Source: Octopus sinensis
Taxonomy: Eukaryota
DNA length: 64,000 nucleotides
NCBI RefSeq assembly: GCF_006345805.1
Contig: NC_043021.1
Span: 6,386,001-6,450,000 of the forward strand
Direction: 5' to 3'
The position numbers were made by a program, and so were the translations under genes. This document shows positions 12,361 through 26,121 of this stretch, piece after piece; within the stretch, counting starts at the first letter, position 1; each line of letters opens with the position of its first letter. The notes under the pieces were generated by a model. The model was not told where the DNA came from, ran no database searches, and saw only the letters and a program-made list of their open reading frames with translations.

Positions 12361-13912
12361 TAAGGTAGCACCAATAATCATGAAATATATAAAACACACC
12401 ATGAATAAATGGCAGACAGTGCTACAGCCCCAGACAAAAGTGGGCCTTATAAAATCAAAGCCATCCCCACTAGAAGAGGAATATTCCAGGGAAACATGCT
12501 CTCTCCACTCCTTTTCTGCTTGGCACTGACACCTTTATCTGAGATGCTAAACAAAACTGGATGCGGATACAGCTGTTATGGCAAAACAATCAACCATCTC
12601 TTGTATATGGATGATCTAAAACTGTATGCTGTAAATGACAAACAGCTGGAAACACTGCTGCAGACAGTGTATGGAGTTACCAAAGAAATAAACATGAAAT
12701 TTAGTTTAGAAAAATGTGCCACAGTAACCTTGAAAAGAGGAAAACTAGTTAAGAGTAACAATATCACACTAGATAAAGCCAATGAAATAAGAGAATTAGA
12801 CCTAAGCCAGACATACAAATACTTAGGAATCAATGAACTAGATATGATACAACACACACAAGAGTTAGATTAATACTGAAAACAGAGCTCAATGCTAAAA
12901 ACAAGATAATAGGTATCAACACTAGCCATCCCAGTTATAAGATACAGCTACAATATTCTTAACTGAACTCTAAATGAACTAATCAAAATAGAAAGGAAAC
13001 AAGAACACTAATGACAGAATTTAGTACACACCATCCAAAATCTGACATAGAAAGGTTATACAATGTATTGAAAGTGGTAGAGGCCTTATACAGCTAGAAA
13101 ACTATTATAAATAACCACCATAGGATTATACAAATATCTAATTCAGAAGCAAGGAAAACTAATACAAGTAGCCACAAAGCTTTAGTAAAACAAAAACTGT
13201 TTTCTGTCTTTAACCCTTTAGTGTTCGCATTATTCTGCCAAAATTAATCCTTTTTTATCCACATTGCTTTGAACTAATCATGCATTGTCTTGTAGCTATG
13301 AGATTTTGATGAGGTAGCTGTTAATTTTTAAAACGATATTGTAGGATTGGTGTGAAAGACCAGATCTGGCCAGTTTGAACATAAAACAGGCAGAATACTT
13401 CTGGCCGGATATGGCCAGTTTAAATGCTAAAGGGTTAAGGAAGCTGAAAAATACAAGAAAGAAGTCATAATACCTAACAACTATGAAGAAAATGAAGAAA
13501 CAACAAAAGCTGTACAACAACTGAAATCCCTGCTAAAACTAGAGCAACAATGTATCATGATAAAACAATGGCAAGAAAAGTCCCTACATAGAAAATATTG
13601 GGTTAAGCTAAACAGAACAAAAAAAAAAAAAATAGACAAAGTTCCAACAATGGTTAAGAAGCTCAGGACTCAAAAAAAGAGAAACTGAAGGATTTTTAAT
13701 TGCAGCACAAGGTCAAAGCCTGCCCACTGTGAAATCACCAAAAACACATAATGAAAATAAAATAAAGAAAATACAACAAATAACTGCAGAATAGGTGATG
13801 ATGGAGAAGAAACAATAAATAATATTGTCTCTGGCTACCCAGTCCTGGCTACGAAGGAACATATTCACAGACACGACAGAGTTGGGACCTATATACACTG
13901 GAAGCTATGCCA
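12356..13912 (+). pseudogene. R4/Dong-clade reverse transcriptase and downstream domains, decayed
   Basis: ORF 12409-12873 has RGIFQGNMLSPLLFCLALTPLS, NHLLYMDDLKLY and YKYLGI. A zinc-knuckle-like region (CR...ETI..IVSGYPVLA...HRHDRVG.YIHWKLC) lies near 13780-13910. It starts at an (AAT)n tract and is interrupted by a MITE. Confidence 0.88.
13210..13438. mobile_element. piggyBac-type MITE nested in the Dong-like LINE
   Basis: TTAA-CCCTTTAG ... CTAAAGGG-TTAA. Confidence 0.85.
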
Positions 13913-13955
13913 GTGTATAAGATGATGATGATGATGATGATGATGATCATCATCA

Positions 13956-14003
<48 letters not shown>

Positions 14004-14379
14004 TCGTCGTCGTCGTCGTCGTCGTCATCATCATCATCATCATCATCATCATTACCATCATTATGATAATGTTAATGATGAGCACAACAGCAAAGCAGAC
14101 GATGATGATGATGGCCAAGACAGTGAAGATGGTGATGATGCTAATGAAGAGGAGGTGATGACGATGATGATGATGAGGATTATTATGATGGCAATCAATT
14201 AGAAGTTGATGATAGCAAGGACAATGAACACAAAGATAATGATGATGATGATTATGATGACGATGACGATGGTAATGCTGATGAAAATGCAGATAACAGA
14301 ATTCGTATCTGGTTTATAACAATTAAATCTTCAATCAAATCTTGTCAGCCATTGAATTTGTTTCTGTCTTATGCAGTTT

Positions 14380-14730
14380 TCCCAAATTTTTGTAAAAATT
14401 GTATTTTATGGTTTTCGATTTTTAAAAAAATTTTAATTCTAGAAACTGGAATTAATTTTGTTTTAGAAAATGTCAAATTATTGTTTAATCTGTCTTTCAG
14501 CAATCTTTCTATATTGTCTTTCTCTTTTAGAAAGATAGGAATCATCTTGAAGAATGCCCACAGAACTTTGTTAATGTCAGAAAATTTGAGAGGTATATCC
14601 CAGAATCTTTTGGGGGGGGCATTTTTCCCACTCTTTCCCTTCCCAACTTTCTCTCCTTCCCCCTCTATTTTTTTTTTTTTTCTAACGAGTTTGTTGAAAT
14701 CTGTTTTAAAGTTTAGACTTTGAGAAATGT
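14380..14730 (-). repeat. Unclassified dispersed repeat, with a second copy at about 30200-30500 (plus)
   Basis: Shared segments such as AAATTTTCTGACATTAACAAAGT and AAAGACAAT..AGAAGATTG.TGAAAGACA. Confidence 0.6.
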
Positions 14731-15689
14731 CTCTAGCAGCAAAATACATCAAGGTATTTATCATCATCATCATTTAACGTCCGTTTTCCATGCTAGCATG
14801 GGTTGGACGGTTCAACTGGGGTCTGGGAAGCCAGAAGGCTGCGCCAGGCCCAGTCTGATCTGGCAGTGTTTCTACAGCTGGATGCCTTTCCTAATGCCAA
14901 CCACTCTGTGAGTGTAGTGGGTGCTTTTTACATGCCAGGTGAGGCTGGCAACGGCCATGATCGGTTGGTGCTTTTTACGCGTCACCGGCATGGAGGCCAG
15001 TCGGGGCAGTGCTGGCAACAGCCACGTTTGGATGGTTCTCTTATGTGCCACCAGCACTGGTATCACAGCTACAATTTCCTATATAGGCAGAATACGGTTG
15101 CTTATTCCTTCAGTCATCCATTCATTCACACATACATACATACATACAGACACATGTACACACATACATACATATCAGGGACATGCTGCCTGGGTAGACA
15201 AGGTAGGCAGTGCCTACCCCGAATGAAACAGATTGATAGTAACATTTTCCTATCATGGCAGAAGTAAATCTGCCTCCAACTCAGTCACGCACCTGTGTTT
15301 CACTTATTTTCTTGTGTGTTTTACTACATAAACGTCACCAACTGCCTACCCTGAGTAATTACTCATGGCTCATGCCTGATACATATACACAAATACATGC
15401 ATACATACATACACAGACACCCACACACACATACAAACAATCTTGATATATGGGACTATAAAAATCTGCTAGACTCTTCAACGATTGAGTGAACTTGAGT
15501 AATGTGAAATAAAGTGTTTTTCTCAAGAATACAGCACACAGCCAGTCCAAGAATCGAAACCACAACCTCATGACCATGACTGCAACAACCTAGCCACTAG
15601 GCCACACACCTTCACATAATATTGGATTGGGCAGTTCCTCTGCCCTTTGGTGGGTTCTGTTGTCCTACAGGGTGTTCAATAACTCACCC

Positions 15690-17265
15690 TCTTCACTAAG
15701 CTAACTTGATTTTAGGCAAAAAAAATTCACGCTTAGGTACAACCATTTCGGTTTTAACAATAGAGATTTATGGGGAGATCCCATAAACCAAATAATTCTA
15801 ACCTATCAGTACCAAACAGATTGGTTGCATTTTTGATGATGTAGACTTTCACCTTGCATGTTTTCCCTAAAAATGTGACATTAGTCCACATTTCACCTAT
15901 AAAATGTTTGTTGCCTGTCATGCTATGAACAAATTTCACTGTTTTTCTCAACAGAGGCTTCCCTATTTTCTTCCATGTGTCCATATTTATTATTGAAATA
16001 TCACTTCCGGTAACCAATTGAAGTGTAATATGTATTCCATTTATTTTTACATGTACAAATTTTCTTATTTTCCTTTTTGCTTCTGCTGAGAGCACCCTAG
16101 GATTTTTAACGTTTGACCTTCATAATTTTGTTCTGCAGTGTGAACTCTTGTGACCAAGTCTTTTGCAACTTTAACATTTTTGATTTTTAACCCTTTAGCG
16201 TTCAAATTAATATGTCAAAAGTAATCCGTATTCATTTACATTTTAAAATATTAATCTGGTATTATCTTGTAACTTCAAGATTTGAAAAATGTAATTGTTT
16301 ATTTTTAGAATGACATTGCAGGGTAGGTGTGAGATACTGGTTCTGGCCAGTTTGAGCATAAAATGAGTAGAATATTCGGGCCGGATACAGCCAGTTTAAA
16401 CACTAAAGGGTTAAATGGACAGTCTTTTCTGAAATGTATGCCTCCACATCCATAACATGGATTAGGATGTGACGCTCTTTTTTGGTTGTACTTTTCCGGC
16501 TGGCATATCTGTATTTTTGAGGAATCCTTTTCTTGAATTTTTTCTACATTGTGTTTCAAGTTTACCATCCTTTTGCATTCTTCTGCCATGGACCGTAAGG
16601 CTAGATCTTGGTTCGCTTTTTCCAATTTAGAATGAATTCTGGCACGGATTTCTGTATCTTCGCTTGCTGTAAGGCCTTCTACGAAAATGAGACACTTGCA
16701 CATCTCAGGTGCAAGTTCTTTGAGTTTAAAACTTTCACAGATCTGGATCACTGTTCCTGTGCATGTGATAAAATCAGCATTCTCTTTTTTTACATTATAT
16801 TCCAACACTCCATTCAAGTGTTAAATAGAGAAGTTTTATCACCGAATATGTTAGACAGTAATTCTGTTGTTTCTTTAAAACAAATTTCATTGGGTTTTTT
16901 TGGAGGGGAAATATGAAATTACAGTAATGTTTATGCTCTAACGGAGCTAATATTTGCAATAACAATTTCACTTTTTGTTCGTCTGGCTATGATTTTCAGT
17001 CTTGCTTTGAAAATTTCCTCATACCTTCTGTAGTACGATGCAAAAGTTATACCCTCCTCTGGGTTATAACTGAATTCATTAATCGAGTTCAAAATGTATT
17101 ATGGAAACTGTACTATGGAAGCTAATAGGCCTTCCATTATTTAACAAGTTGTATCACAAACAAAATTGTTAAATAACCAGCATGAGCTTTGAAACCCTCG
17201 TTGCCAGATGTTGTAATAATCCGTCTGGCAATGGTTTACATTTTCTTTTTTTCCTCTTTGCCAGA
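15690..17265 (-). pseudogene. Ty3/Gypsy LTR retrotransposon gag and protease, decayed
   Basis: ORF 16305-16817 carries the CCHC knuckle CYGCGGIHFRKDCPF. ORF 15754-16095 is retropepsin-like (LQL[V]TGSDISII, catalytic D lost). PBS-like TGGCAACGAG lies on the minus strand near 17188-17206. Confidence 0.85.
16187..16414. mobile_element. piggyBac-type MITE nested in the Gypsy gag region
   Basis: TTAA-CCCTTTAG ... CTAAAGGG-TTAA; same family as 13210. Confidence 0.85.
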
Positions 17266-17519
17266 TGTTGTAATGTAATTTGTTATGTACAATAAATAAG
17301 ATAACCAGACAACAGTAAAAACAATCTAACGAACTAACAAATCTCTTTACAAACCAACAATCAATATTCCTTGTGAACTAACCAAACTGACACCTTCTGA
17401 CTTCACTGTGAACCAACACAAACTTTACTCGACTCCGAACTCACTCGGATCGTTACTATTTATACTTTACTCGGACCAGTCTATTTCTTGCAAGGGGTGT
17501 TGTAACTCTCATCACAACA
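17266..17519 (-). mobile_element. Probable 5' LTR of the Gypsy element
   Basis: TGTTG...CAACA termini, minus-strand TATAAATA at 17457-17464, immediately followed by a PBS-like TCTGGCAAAGAGG. Confidence 0.6.
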
Positions 17520-18174
17520 AAACCACATTTTTACCACATTGCCTGGTCCAGGAATTGAAACCACAATCATACCACAGCCTAACCATTAAGCCACGCACCT
17601 CCACAATAATTCAGAATATGCACATCTACAACTGTGTCATGTGATAATTCATCCTTGTTTCACTTCACCGAAATGCATAGGGATTCCTTTTGTTCTACTT
17701 TATTTCCCTTGTTATTTATGTATGTATTGTTGGAAAGCTGGCAGAACGGTTAGCAAGCCAGGCAAAAGGCTCAGCAGCATTTTGTCTGTCTTCACATTCT
17801 GAGTTCAAATTCAGCCGAGGTTGACTTTGCCTTTCATCCTTTTGGGGGGGTCGATGAAATAAGTACCAGTTAAGGATAGGGGTCGATGTAATTGACTTTT
17901 CCTTTTCCCTGAAATTCTATACTTTGTTCCAAAGTATGCAATTTTGTCTGTCCTTGTTCTGAGTTCAAATTCTGCCAGGGTCATCTTTGCTTTTCATCTT
18001 TTCGGGGTTGATAAAATAAGTACCAGTTGAATACTGGGATCGATGTAATCAACTATCCCCTTCGCCCAAAATTTCAGGCCTTGTGCCTATAGTAGAAAGG
18101 ATTGTTGTTATTATTATTCTTTTTATCATCATTATTGTTATATTATGATTATCATCATCATCATCATCGTCATT

Positions 18175-18207
<33 letters not shown>

Positions 18208-18681
18208 GTTATCAATATTATTAAGGCAGTGAGCTGGCAGAATCATTAGCATGCTGGGCAAAATGCTTAGCAGCATTTTGTCATCAGCATGTTCTGAGTT
18301 CAAGTTCTGTCAAGGTCGACTTTGCCTTCTATCCTTTCAGGGGTCAGTAAAATAAGCACCAGTTGAACACTGGGGCCAATGGTTACATCGACTTACCCTG
18401 TCCCTTAAAAGTAGCTGGCCTTATGCCAAAATTTGAAATTAATGCATGTATTGTTTGAAGCCAACAGTCAACTGTATTATCCAATCAAATCTGTTAATTT
18501 GAAATACCAGAAACTCCTCATCCAATCAGCTTCCGATGTTTAATTGATCATTTGCCAAATAATATTCATTGCATCATTTAAAAACCATTAAAAGCTATTG
18601 TGTTGTTTCATAAGTTCACTTCCGTGCTTCTGTCTGATAATCAGAGACGTGAAATTCAGAGTAACGTTTTGTGAAGCAAAT

Positions 18682-19078
18682 GTATGTATGCATGTGTGTG
18701 TGTGTGTGTGTGTGTGTGTATAAGTGTATGTATGTGTGTGTGTATGTATGTATATGTGTGTGTGTGTGTATGTATGTGTGTGTGTGTATATATGTGTGTG
18801 TGTGTGTGCGTATGTATATGTGTATGCATGTGTGTATGTATGTATGTATGTATGTATGTATATGTGTATGTATGTATGTATGTATGTATGTATGTATGTG
18901 TGTGTGTATATATATGTGTGTGTGTGTATGTATATGTGTATGCATGTGTGTATGCATGTATGTATGTATGTATGTATGTATGTATGTATGTATATGTGTA
19001 TGTATGTATGCATGTGTGTGTGTGTATGTATGTATGTATAAGTGTATGTATGTATGTATATGTGTATGTATGTATGTA

Positions 19079-19117
<39 letters not shown>

Positions 19118-19150
19118 GAGTGTGTGTGTGTATATATGTATGTATGGATG

Positions 19151-19209
<59 letters not shown>

Positions 19210-19215
19210 TATATA
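18682..19215. repeat. Compound (TG)n/(TATG)n/(TA)n microsatellite
   Basis: Direct reading. Similar tracts lie at 25495-26115, 48120-48720 and 56930-57260. Confidence 0.95.
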
Positions 19216-19700
19216 CATATACACAGATATATATTGTACTTGTTTGGCAAGTGACTCAAATAACAACTAACATAGCACTCCTTTCATAATGTGATTGTTG
19301 AACATCAAATTACAGATAAATAAATTCCTCTGTGTGTGTGTGTGTCCGCGTGTGCATGCGTATGCACACGCGCACCAACAGGAAGGGCATCCCAAGCACC
19401 AAAGATCTGCTTCGGTAAACTACAACCCACCCACACAAACATGGAAAAGAGGATGTTAAAAAAAAATGATGTCACACACATGCACACACACACACACATA
19501 CACTTATACATACACACACACACACACACACACATACACAATACATGCATACATATAGCAGGTCAGCTGGGATAATATAATTCTTGGGATGGCACTTCAA
19601 AGTGCTGTGACTCTGTGACTATCTGAAAACTGGAATGGATGTCCCTTATGAAACTGCTGTACCAGGAAAACATTTTTACTGTAGAGTATAAATAATAATT

Positions 19701-20410
19701 ACCGTAAATCCTCGAGTATAATCCACATTTTTTCCCCAAAAATTTAAAGGTCAAAATCCCTAATGCATACTATATACGAGGTTAAAAATGAAAATTATTT
19801 TCTGAGCAATGTCCGAGTCTCTATTTGTTGTCCAGCAATGTTTATTCAGACGCATTTTGTGATGTCAGGAGCGAAAATACCTTAACCCTTTAGTGTTTGC
19901 ATTATTCTACCAAAATTAATGCTTTTACATCCTCATTGTATTGAACTAATCATGCATTATCTTGTAGCTATGAGATTTTGATGAGGTAGCTGTTAATTTT
20001 TAAAACGATATTGTAGGGTTGGTGTGAGAGACCAGATCTGGCCAGTTTGAGCATAAAACAGGCAGAATACTTTTGGCCGGATATGGCCGGTTTGAATGCT
20101 AAAGGGTTAAGCTAAGCCTGAAAGCAATGAAGTCATAAAAGAATCATCCATAACTTGCAGTAAGCAACATTTACTAAACGTTATTACTGTTATTTCTTTA
20201 CTTTCTGCAAACAAAATGCACAAAAAAGCTACACGTTTGCATTATGTTATATATAAAATAATAATAAAGGACGTTATCATATACATTTTTACAAACCAAG
20301 GATGTTATATAGACATCCTTGACTCAAGTTAGAGAAGGGGTGCGTATTATACACAAGGTTTAGGTTTTTCAGAGGTACAGCCCCCTAAAAATTCCCTGCA
20401 TATTATACTG
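19701..20410. mobile_element. pogo/Tigger-like non-autonomous DNA element
   Basis: Starts TA-CCGTAAATCCTCGAGTATA. Decayed inverted subterminal motifs lie near 20335-20410. Confidence 0.5.
19882..20110. mobile_element. piggyBac-type MITE nested in a pogo/Tigger-like element
   Basis: TTAA-CCCTTTAG ... CTAAAGGG-TTAA; highly similar to 13210-13438. Confidence 0.85.
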
Positions 20411-20752
20411 ACCTGTTTTCCATTACATTTCAGACAGGTTCAGTACTAAGTTGCTGAAGCAGAAATATCGTTATAGCAATCACAGCCATGTGTTGGGAGG
20501 GATTCTTTGAGGTTTGAGTAAATATCATAAAAGCTAGGTTGGAAGGGAATATTAGCCATTTTTCATACTTTCAAAAAGGAAATAACAGTTGCTAAACAAG
20601 GACAAACATCATATTACACAGTGTAATGCTTCTTTACTGACATTGAGATTTGAGATTTTGATGATGCAATTGTTTATTTTTAGAATGACATTACAAGGTA
20701 AGTGTGAAAGGCCAGATGTTGCTGGTTTGAACATAAAACAGGTAGAATACTT

Positions 20753-20793
<41 letters not shown>

Positions 20794-21179
20794 TCTCTCT
20801 TTTTCTCTTTTACTTGTTTCAGTCATTTGACTGCGGCCATGCTTGAGCACCGCCTTTAGTCGATCAAATCGACCCCAGGACTTATTCTTTGCCTAGTACT
20901 TATTCTATCGGTCTCTTTAAGTTACGGGGACGTAAAAACACCACCACTGGTTGTCAAGCGATGTTGTGAGGGACAAACACAGACACACAAACACACACAT
21001 ATACTTATACATATATACGATGGGCTTCTTTCAGTTTCCGTCTACCAAATCCATTCACAAGGCTTTGGTCGGCCCAAGGCTATAGCAGAAGACACTTGCC
21101 CAAGGTGCCACGCAGTGGGACCGAACCCGGAAGCATGTGGCTGGTAAGCAAGCTACTTACCACACAGCCACTCCTGCAC

Positions 21180-21214
<35 letters not shown>

Positions 21215-21832
21215 TATATTAATTATATAATATATATATATATGGCCTTTAAATGCTAAAGGGTTAACATAGAAGACAACCGGGGGGTCGGGTGGAAACC
21301 TGTGGTAATATGCAAACCAGGTCTGCAGAAAGAAAAGGATTCCGACCAGAATAGATGATGATTTTTGTGGTGGAATAGCATGATAGATACAGCTATAAAA
21401 GATAAAAGGCAGGTTTGGGGAAAAAAAAAAGAAAAATGGAAAAATGCAGGGAGCGAAAAAAAGCAGCATGGAATTGCAAAAAAGAGAAGTAAGATGTCAG
21501 ATATACTTAGTAAAATGGAAACATTGCTATCACACATCATCACTTCTGTCAGCATCATTACCATGGCTATCATCAAATCATCATCATGGTCTTCATGTTA
21601 TGATTGATCACCTTCACCCTTCTTCTATCCTAACCACCACCACCACCACCACCAACACTACTACCTGTACTGTCACTGCAACTACTACCACCGCTGCTGC
21701 TCCAGGTACGGCCACCACCACTTCCAGTCCAGTAACACAGCTACAACCATTCTGCCTCTGCGTGTGTGTGTGTTTGTGTGTGTATTTGTGTGTGTGTGTT
21801 GTGTGTGTGTGTGTGTGTGTTTGTGTGTGCGT

Positions 21833-21918
<86 letters not shown>

Positions 21919-22749
21919 AGTTTCCTCAGTATAAATCTGTTGAAGCCGTATAAATTCGCAACCAGCATGCGATTGGTTATTGACTGATGGTGCAAAAAAA
22001 CAAAAAAACAAAAAAAAACAAAAAAAAACAAAAAAAAAAGACAGGAGTGGCTGTGTGGTAAGTAGCTTGTTTACCAACCACATGATTCCGGGTTCAGTCC
22101 CACTGCGTGGCACCTTGGGCAAGTGTCTTCTACTATAGCCTCGGGCCGACCAAAGCCTTGTGAGTGGATTTGTTAGACGGAAACTGAAAGAAGCCCATCG
22201 TATATATATATACATATATATGCTTGTGTGTGTCTGTGTTTGTCCCCCTAGCATTGCTTGACAACCGATGCTGGTGTGTTTACGTCCCGTTACTTAGCGG
22301 TTCGGCAAAAGAGACCGATAGAATAAGTACTGGGCTTACAAAAGAATAAGTTCCGGGGTCGAGTTGCTCGATTAAAGGCGGTGCTCCAGCATGGCCGCAG
22401 TCAAATTACTGAAACAAGTAAAAGAGTAACCCAAAATGACCTGTCCACCAACCATTCCGCTTTCTGTCCCTCCACCTGTCCTGTTTCACCCCTTCTCTCT
22501 CCCTCTTTCTACCTTTCTCTTCCCTCCACCTCATTTCCACCATTCCTTCTGGCCACCACCCCTCTCATCCCAACTCTTCTCCCCTTAATTCCTACCGATT
22601 CCCTCATACTCTCTCTCTCTCTCTCTCTCTCCTCTCCCCTCTCCCATTGTTTCATATAAAGTTACAACTGCCTCATCACGTTCAGTCTCTTCCAGCATCT
22701 TTCATTTTTTTCATCTGCCCCACTTCTCTCCCCAATTCAGTGACCCATT

Positions 22750-23270
22750 ACAACCATGACCACCACGACGATGACCACCACCATGACCACGACGACGATG
22801 GTGGCGGTGGTGGCCACCAACACCACCACCACCAACACCAACACAACCACCACCACTACTACCACCACCATCCCCATCACCGCCACACCACCACCACCAA
22901 CACCAACTCACCACCACCACCACCACCAACATCACCACCACATGCCACCACCACTTACCACCACCACCAACCAAACTGGCGCCGACACCACTACAACCAC
23001 GACCACCACCACGACCACGCACCACACCACCACCACCCCTGCCGCCGCCGCCGCCACCACTACCACCACCACCACCACTGCCGTCGCACCACCACACCAC
23101 CACCACCACTGCGCCGACGCCGCCACCCTACCACCACCACCCTGCGTCGCCACCACCACAACCACCACCACCACCACCACCCACCACCACCAATACCACA
23201 CCGCCGCGACCACCACCGCCACCATGACCACCACCGCCACCACTGCCGCCGCCACCACCACCACTGCAGA
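22750..23270. repeat. Cryptic (CAC/CAN)n triplet tract
   Basis: Direct reading. A related CAC/CA tract lies at 35100-35830. Confidence 0.9.
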
Positions 23271-23354
23271 TACATATGTCAAGACATATACAACCAACAA
23301 TCATAAAGTTAATCAATCAGTAATAATTTAGTTTTTGTTTGTCTTCTTTCTTCT

Positions 23355-23386
<32 letters not shown>

Positions 23387-23853
23387 TTTGTTTTTCCTTT
23401 TTTCCGGGAGTGGAGGAGTGGGGGGGGGGGGGGTAGTTGCTTTTAGAAGACTTTTCATTTCTGAGAGAAGAAAACAACAGCAACAACAAAGACACCGCCA
23501 CTGCCACCACTAGCACCTCCACCGACTATAACAACAACAACAACAACAACACTAACAGCCATTGCCAACAGCAACAACAACAACAACAACAACACAACAA
23601 CAACCTCACCACCAATGCCAACACCTTATTGCATATGCATAAACACACGGTCTTTATACTCTGATATGCAAAGAGAGGCTCACACACACACGGAAGGGAG
23701 AAGAACTGTGTGCATGCAAATGCACATGGTGTCCTACACACACACATACTCAGATGTGCACACACACCACACACACATACACACATATATATACACACAC
23801 TCTTGCACTTATGCAAAGCGAGGCATGATGCAGAGAGATGAAGTATATGCATA

Positions 23854-24305
23854 GGCGCAGACGTGGCCGAGTGGTAAGAAACTTGCTTTTCACAACTGGT
23901 TGGTGGTTCAGTCCTATAGCGGGACACATTGGGCAAGTTGCCTTCTGTTATAGCCTCGGGCCAATCAAAGCTTTGTGAATGGATTTGGTAGATGGATACT
24001 GAAAGAAGCCCAACACATACACACACATACACATATATATATATATATATATATATATGTGTATATATATATAGCATGGAAAAAGGACGCTAAATGATGA
24101 TGATGATGATGATGATATGTAAATTATTATATATATATATATATCTATATATTATGTATAATATATATAATAGTATATATAATGTATATACATATGTGTA
24201 TATACACATATATATATCATATAATATATATATGGATATCTATATATATATTATATAATATATGTTATACATATGGGTATATATACATATATATATATTA
24301 TATAT

Positions 24306-24359
<54 letters not shown>

Positions 24360-24602
24360 TGTATGTCTGTATGTATTTATATTATGTGCGTGTGTCTTTG
24401 TGTCTGCTTGTCCCCACCACCATTGTTTGACAACCAGTGATGGTGTGTTACATCCCTGTAACTAAGCAGTTCGGCAAATTGACTGATTGAACAAGTACTA
24501 AGCTTACAAAGAATAAGTCCTGGGGTTTGACTTATGCAGCTAAAACCCTTTAAGGCAGTGCTCCAGCATGGCCACAGTCAAATGACTGAAACAAGTAAAA
24601 GA
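23854..24602 (+). mobile_element. SINE family A with an internal microsatellite expanded to ~360 bp
   Basis: Head half at 23854-24015, tail half at about 24380-24602, separated by a TA-rich tract. Confidence 0.75.
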
Positions 24603-24642
24603 ACAAACGTACATGCTGACCCACACACAGACATACTCAAAT

Positions 24643-24687
<45 letters not shown>

Positions 24688-24957
24688 CACACACACACAC
24701 ACGCACACGTACACATGTACACACTCTTACACTCAGATATGCACTCACGCAAAGAGAGACACACACGGCAGAGAGATGCAGTGTACGCATGCAAATGCAT
24801 ATGCAGATGCACACATCGACATACACAGATGTGCACACACCTACACATGCAGACACACGCAGGTGCACGTGTATGTATGCATGCAAGACTCACAGCTGCA
24901 CAGACATGCAATGACATACAAAAATACAGATTCTTGCAGACGCAAACACAAACACAC

Positions 24958-24993
<36 letters not shown>

Positions 24994-25176
24994 ACACACA
25001 CATACACACACACAGACACACACACACACAGACACACACACACATACACACACACACAGACACACACACACAACAGATGTACACAAAGTGGCATACAAAC
25101 ATATATACACACCCTGACATATTTACACACACACAAGTACACATGAACACAGACATGTCCCCCCACCCTCCCCCGA

Positions 25177-25219
<43 letters not shown>

Positions 25220-25502
25220 TACAAACCCATGACCTTCCCCATCGAAAATCAATAAGCAATTTGAAAGCAATCACAAGTAAAAAAAAAAAAAATTATAAAA
25301 AAAAACCAAAAAAAAACCGAAAGCTGAATATGTTACAAAAAATTTTTTTTTTTTTTGTGCTGTTGTTGTTTGTGTTTATGGTGTTTGGCGCATTTGATCA
25401 ATAGTTTAACGATGAACTCACTGAAGAAGGTACAGGATCGGAAGTGAACTGAACAGGGAAGCATGAACTCGTAAGAGATTGTTGTTCGCTATCTATTATA
25501 TG

Positions 25503-25557
<55 letters not shown>

Positions 25558-25657
25558 CATAGATAATATACTATATATAGTAGACATATAATATATATTA
25601 TATATATATATAGATATATATATATAACATATATAATATATACAATATATAGAGAAT

Positions 25658-25706
<49 letters not shown>

Positions 25707-26076
25707 TATATTATATACATAATATATATATATACATATATATATAGATATATACACACACACACATATATAGACACCATAATACACACACACACAAAAT
25801 ATATATATATAGACATATATATATATACATATTACATATATATATATAGACACACACACAACACATATCTATATATATATATACATATATATATATACAT
25901 ATATATATATATTACACACACACACACACACATTATATATATATATATATATTATATACACACATATACATTATATAGATATATATATAACATATATATA
26001 CATACACAGCCACACATACACACATATGATACATATGTATATGTATAATTACAAGATATATATATATGCACATTAT

Positions 26077-26121
<45 letters not shown>

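Noticed and set aside
18588-19289. Long ORFs of 200+ aa rich in Y/I/H/T/C/V (also at 922-1694, 22647-23331, 24540-25274 and 35128-35943)
   Set aside because: They are translations of di-, tri- and tetranucleotide microsatellites that lack stops by composition. No domain content.
25418-25448. CTGAAGA-A-GGT...ATC-GGAA-GTGA hammerhead-like remnant
   Set aside because: GAAA is altered, helix III is absent and helix I is only 3 bp. Too weak to call.
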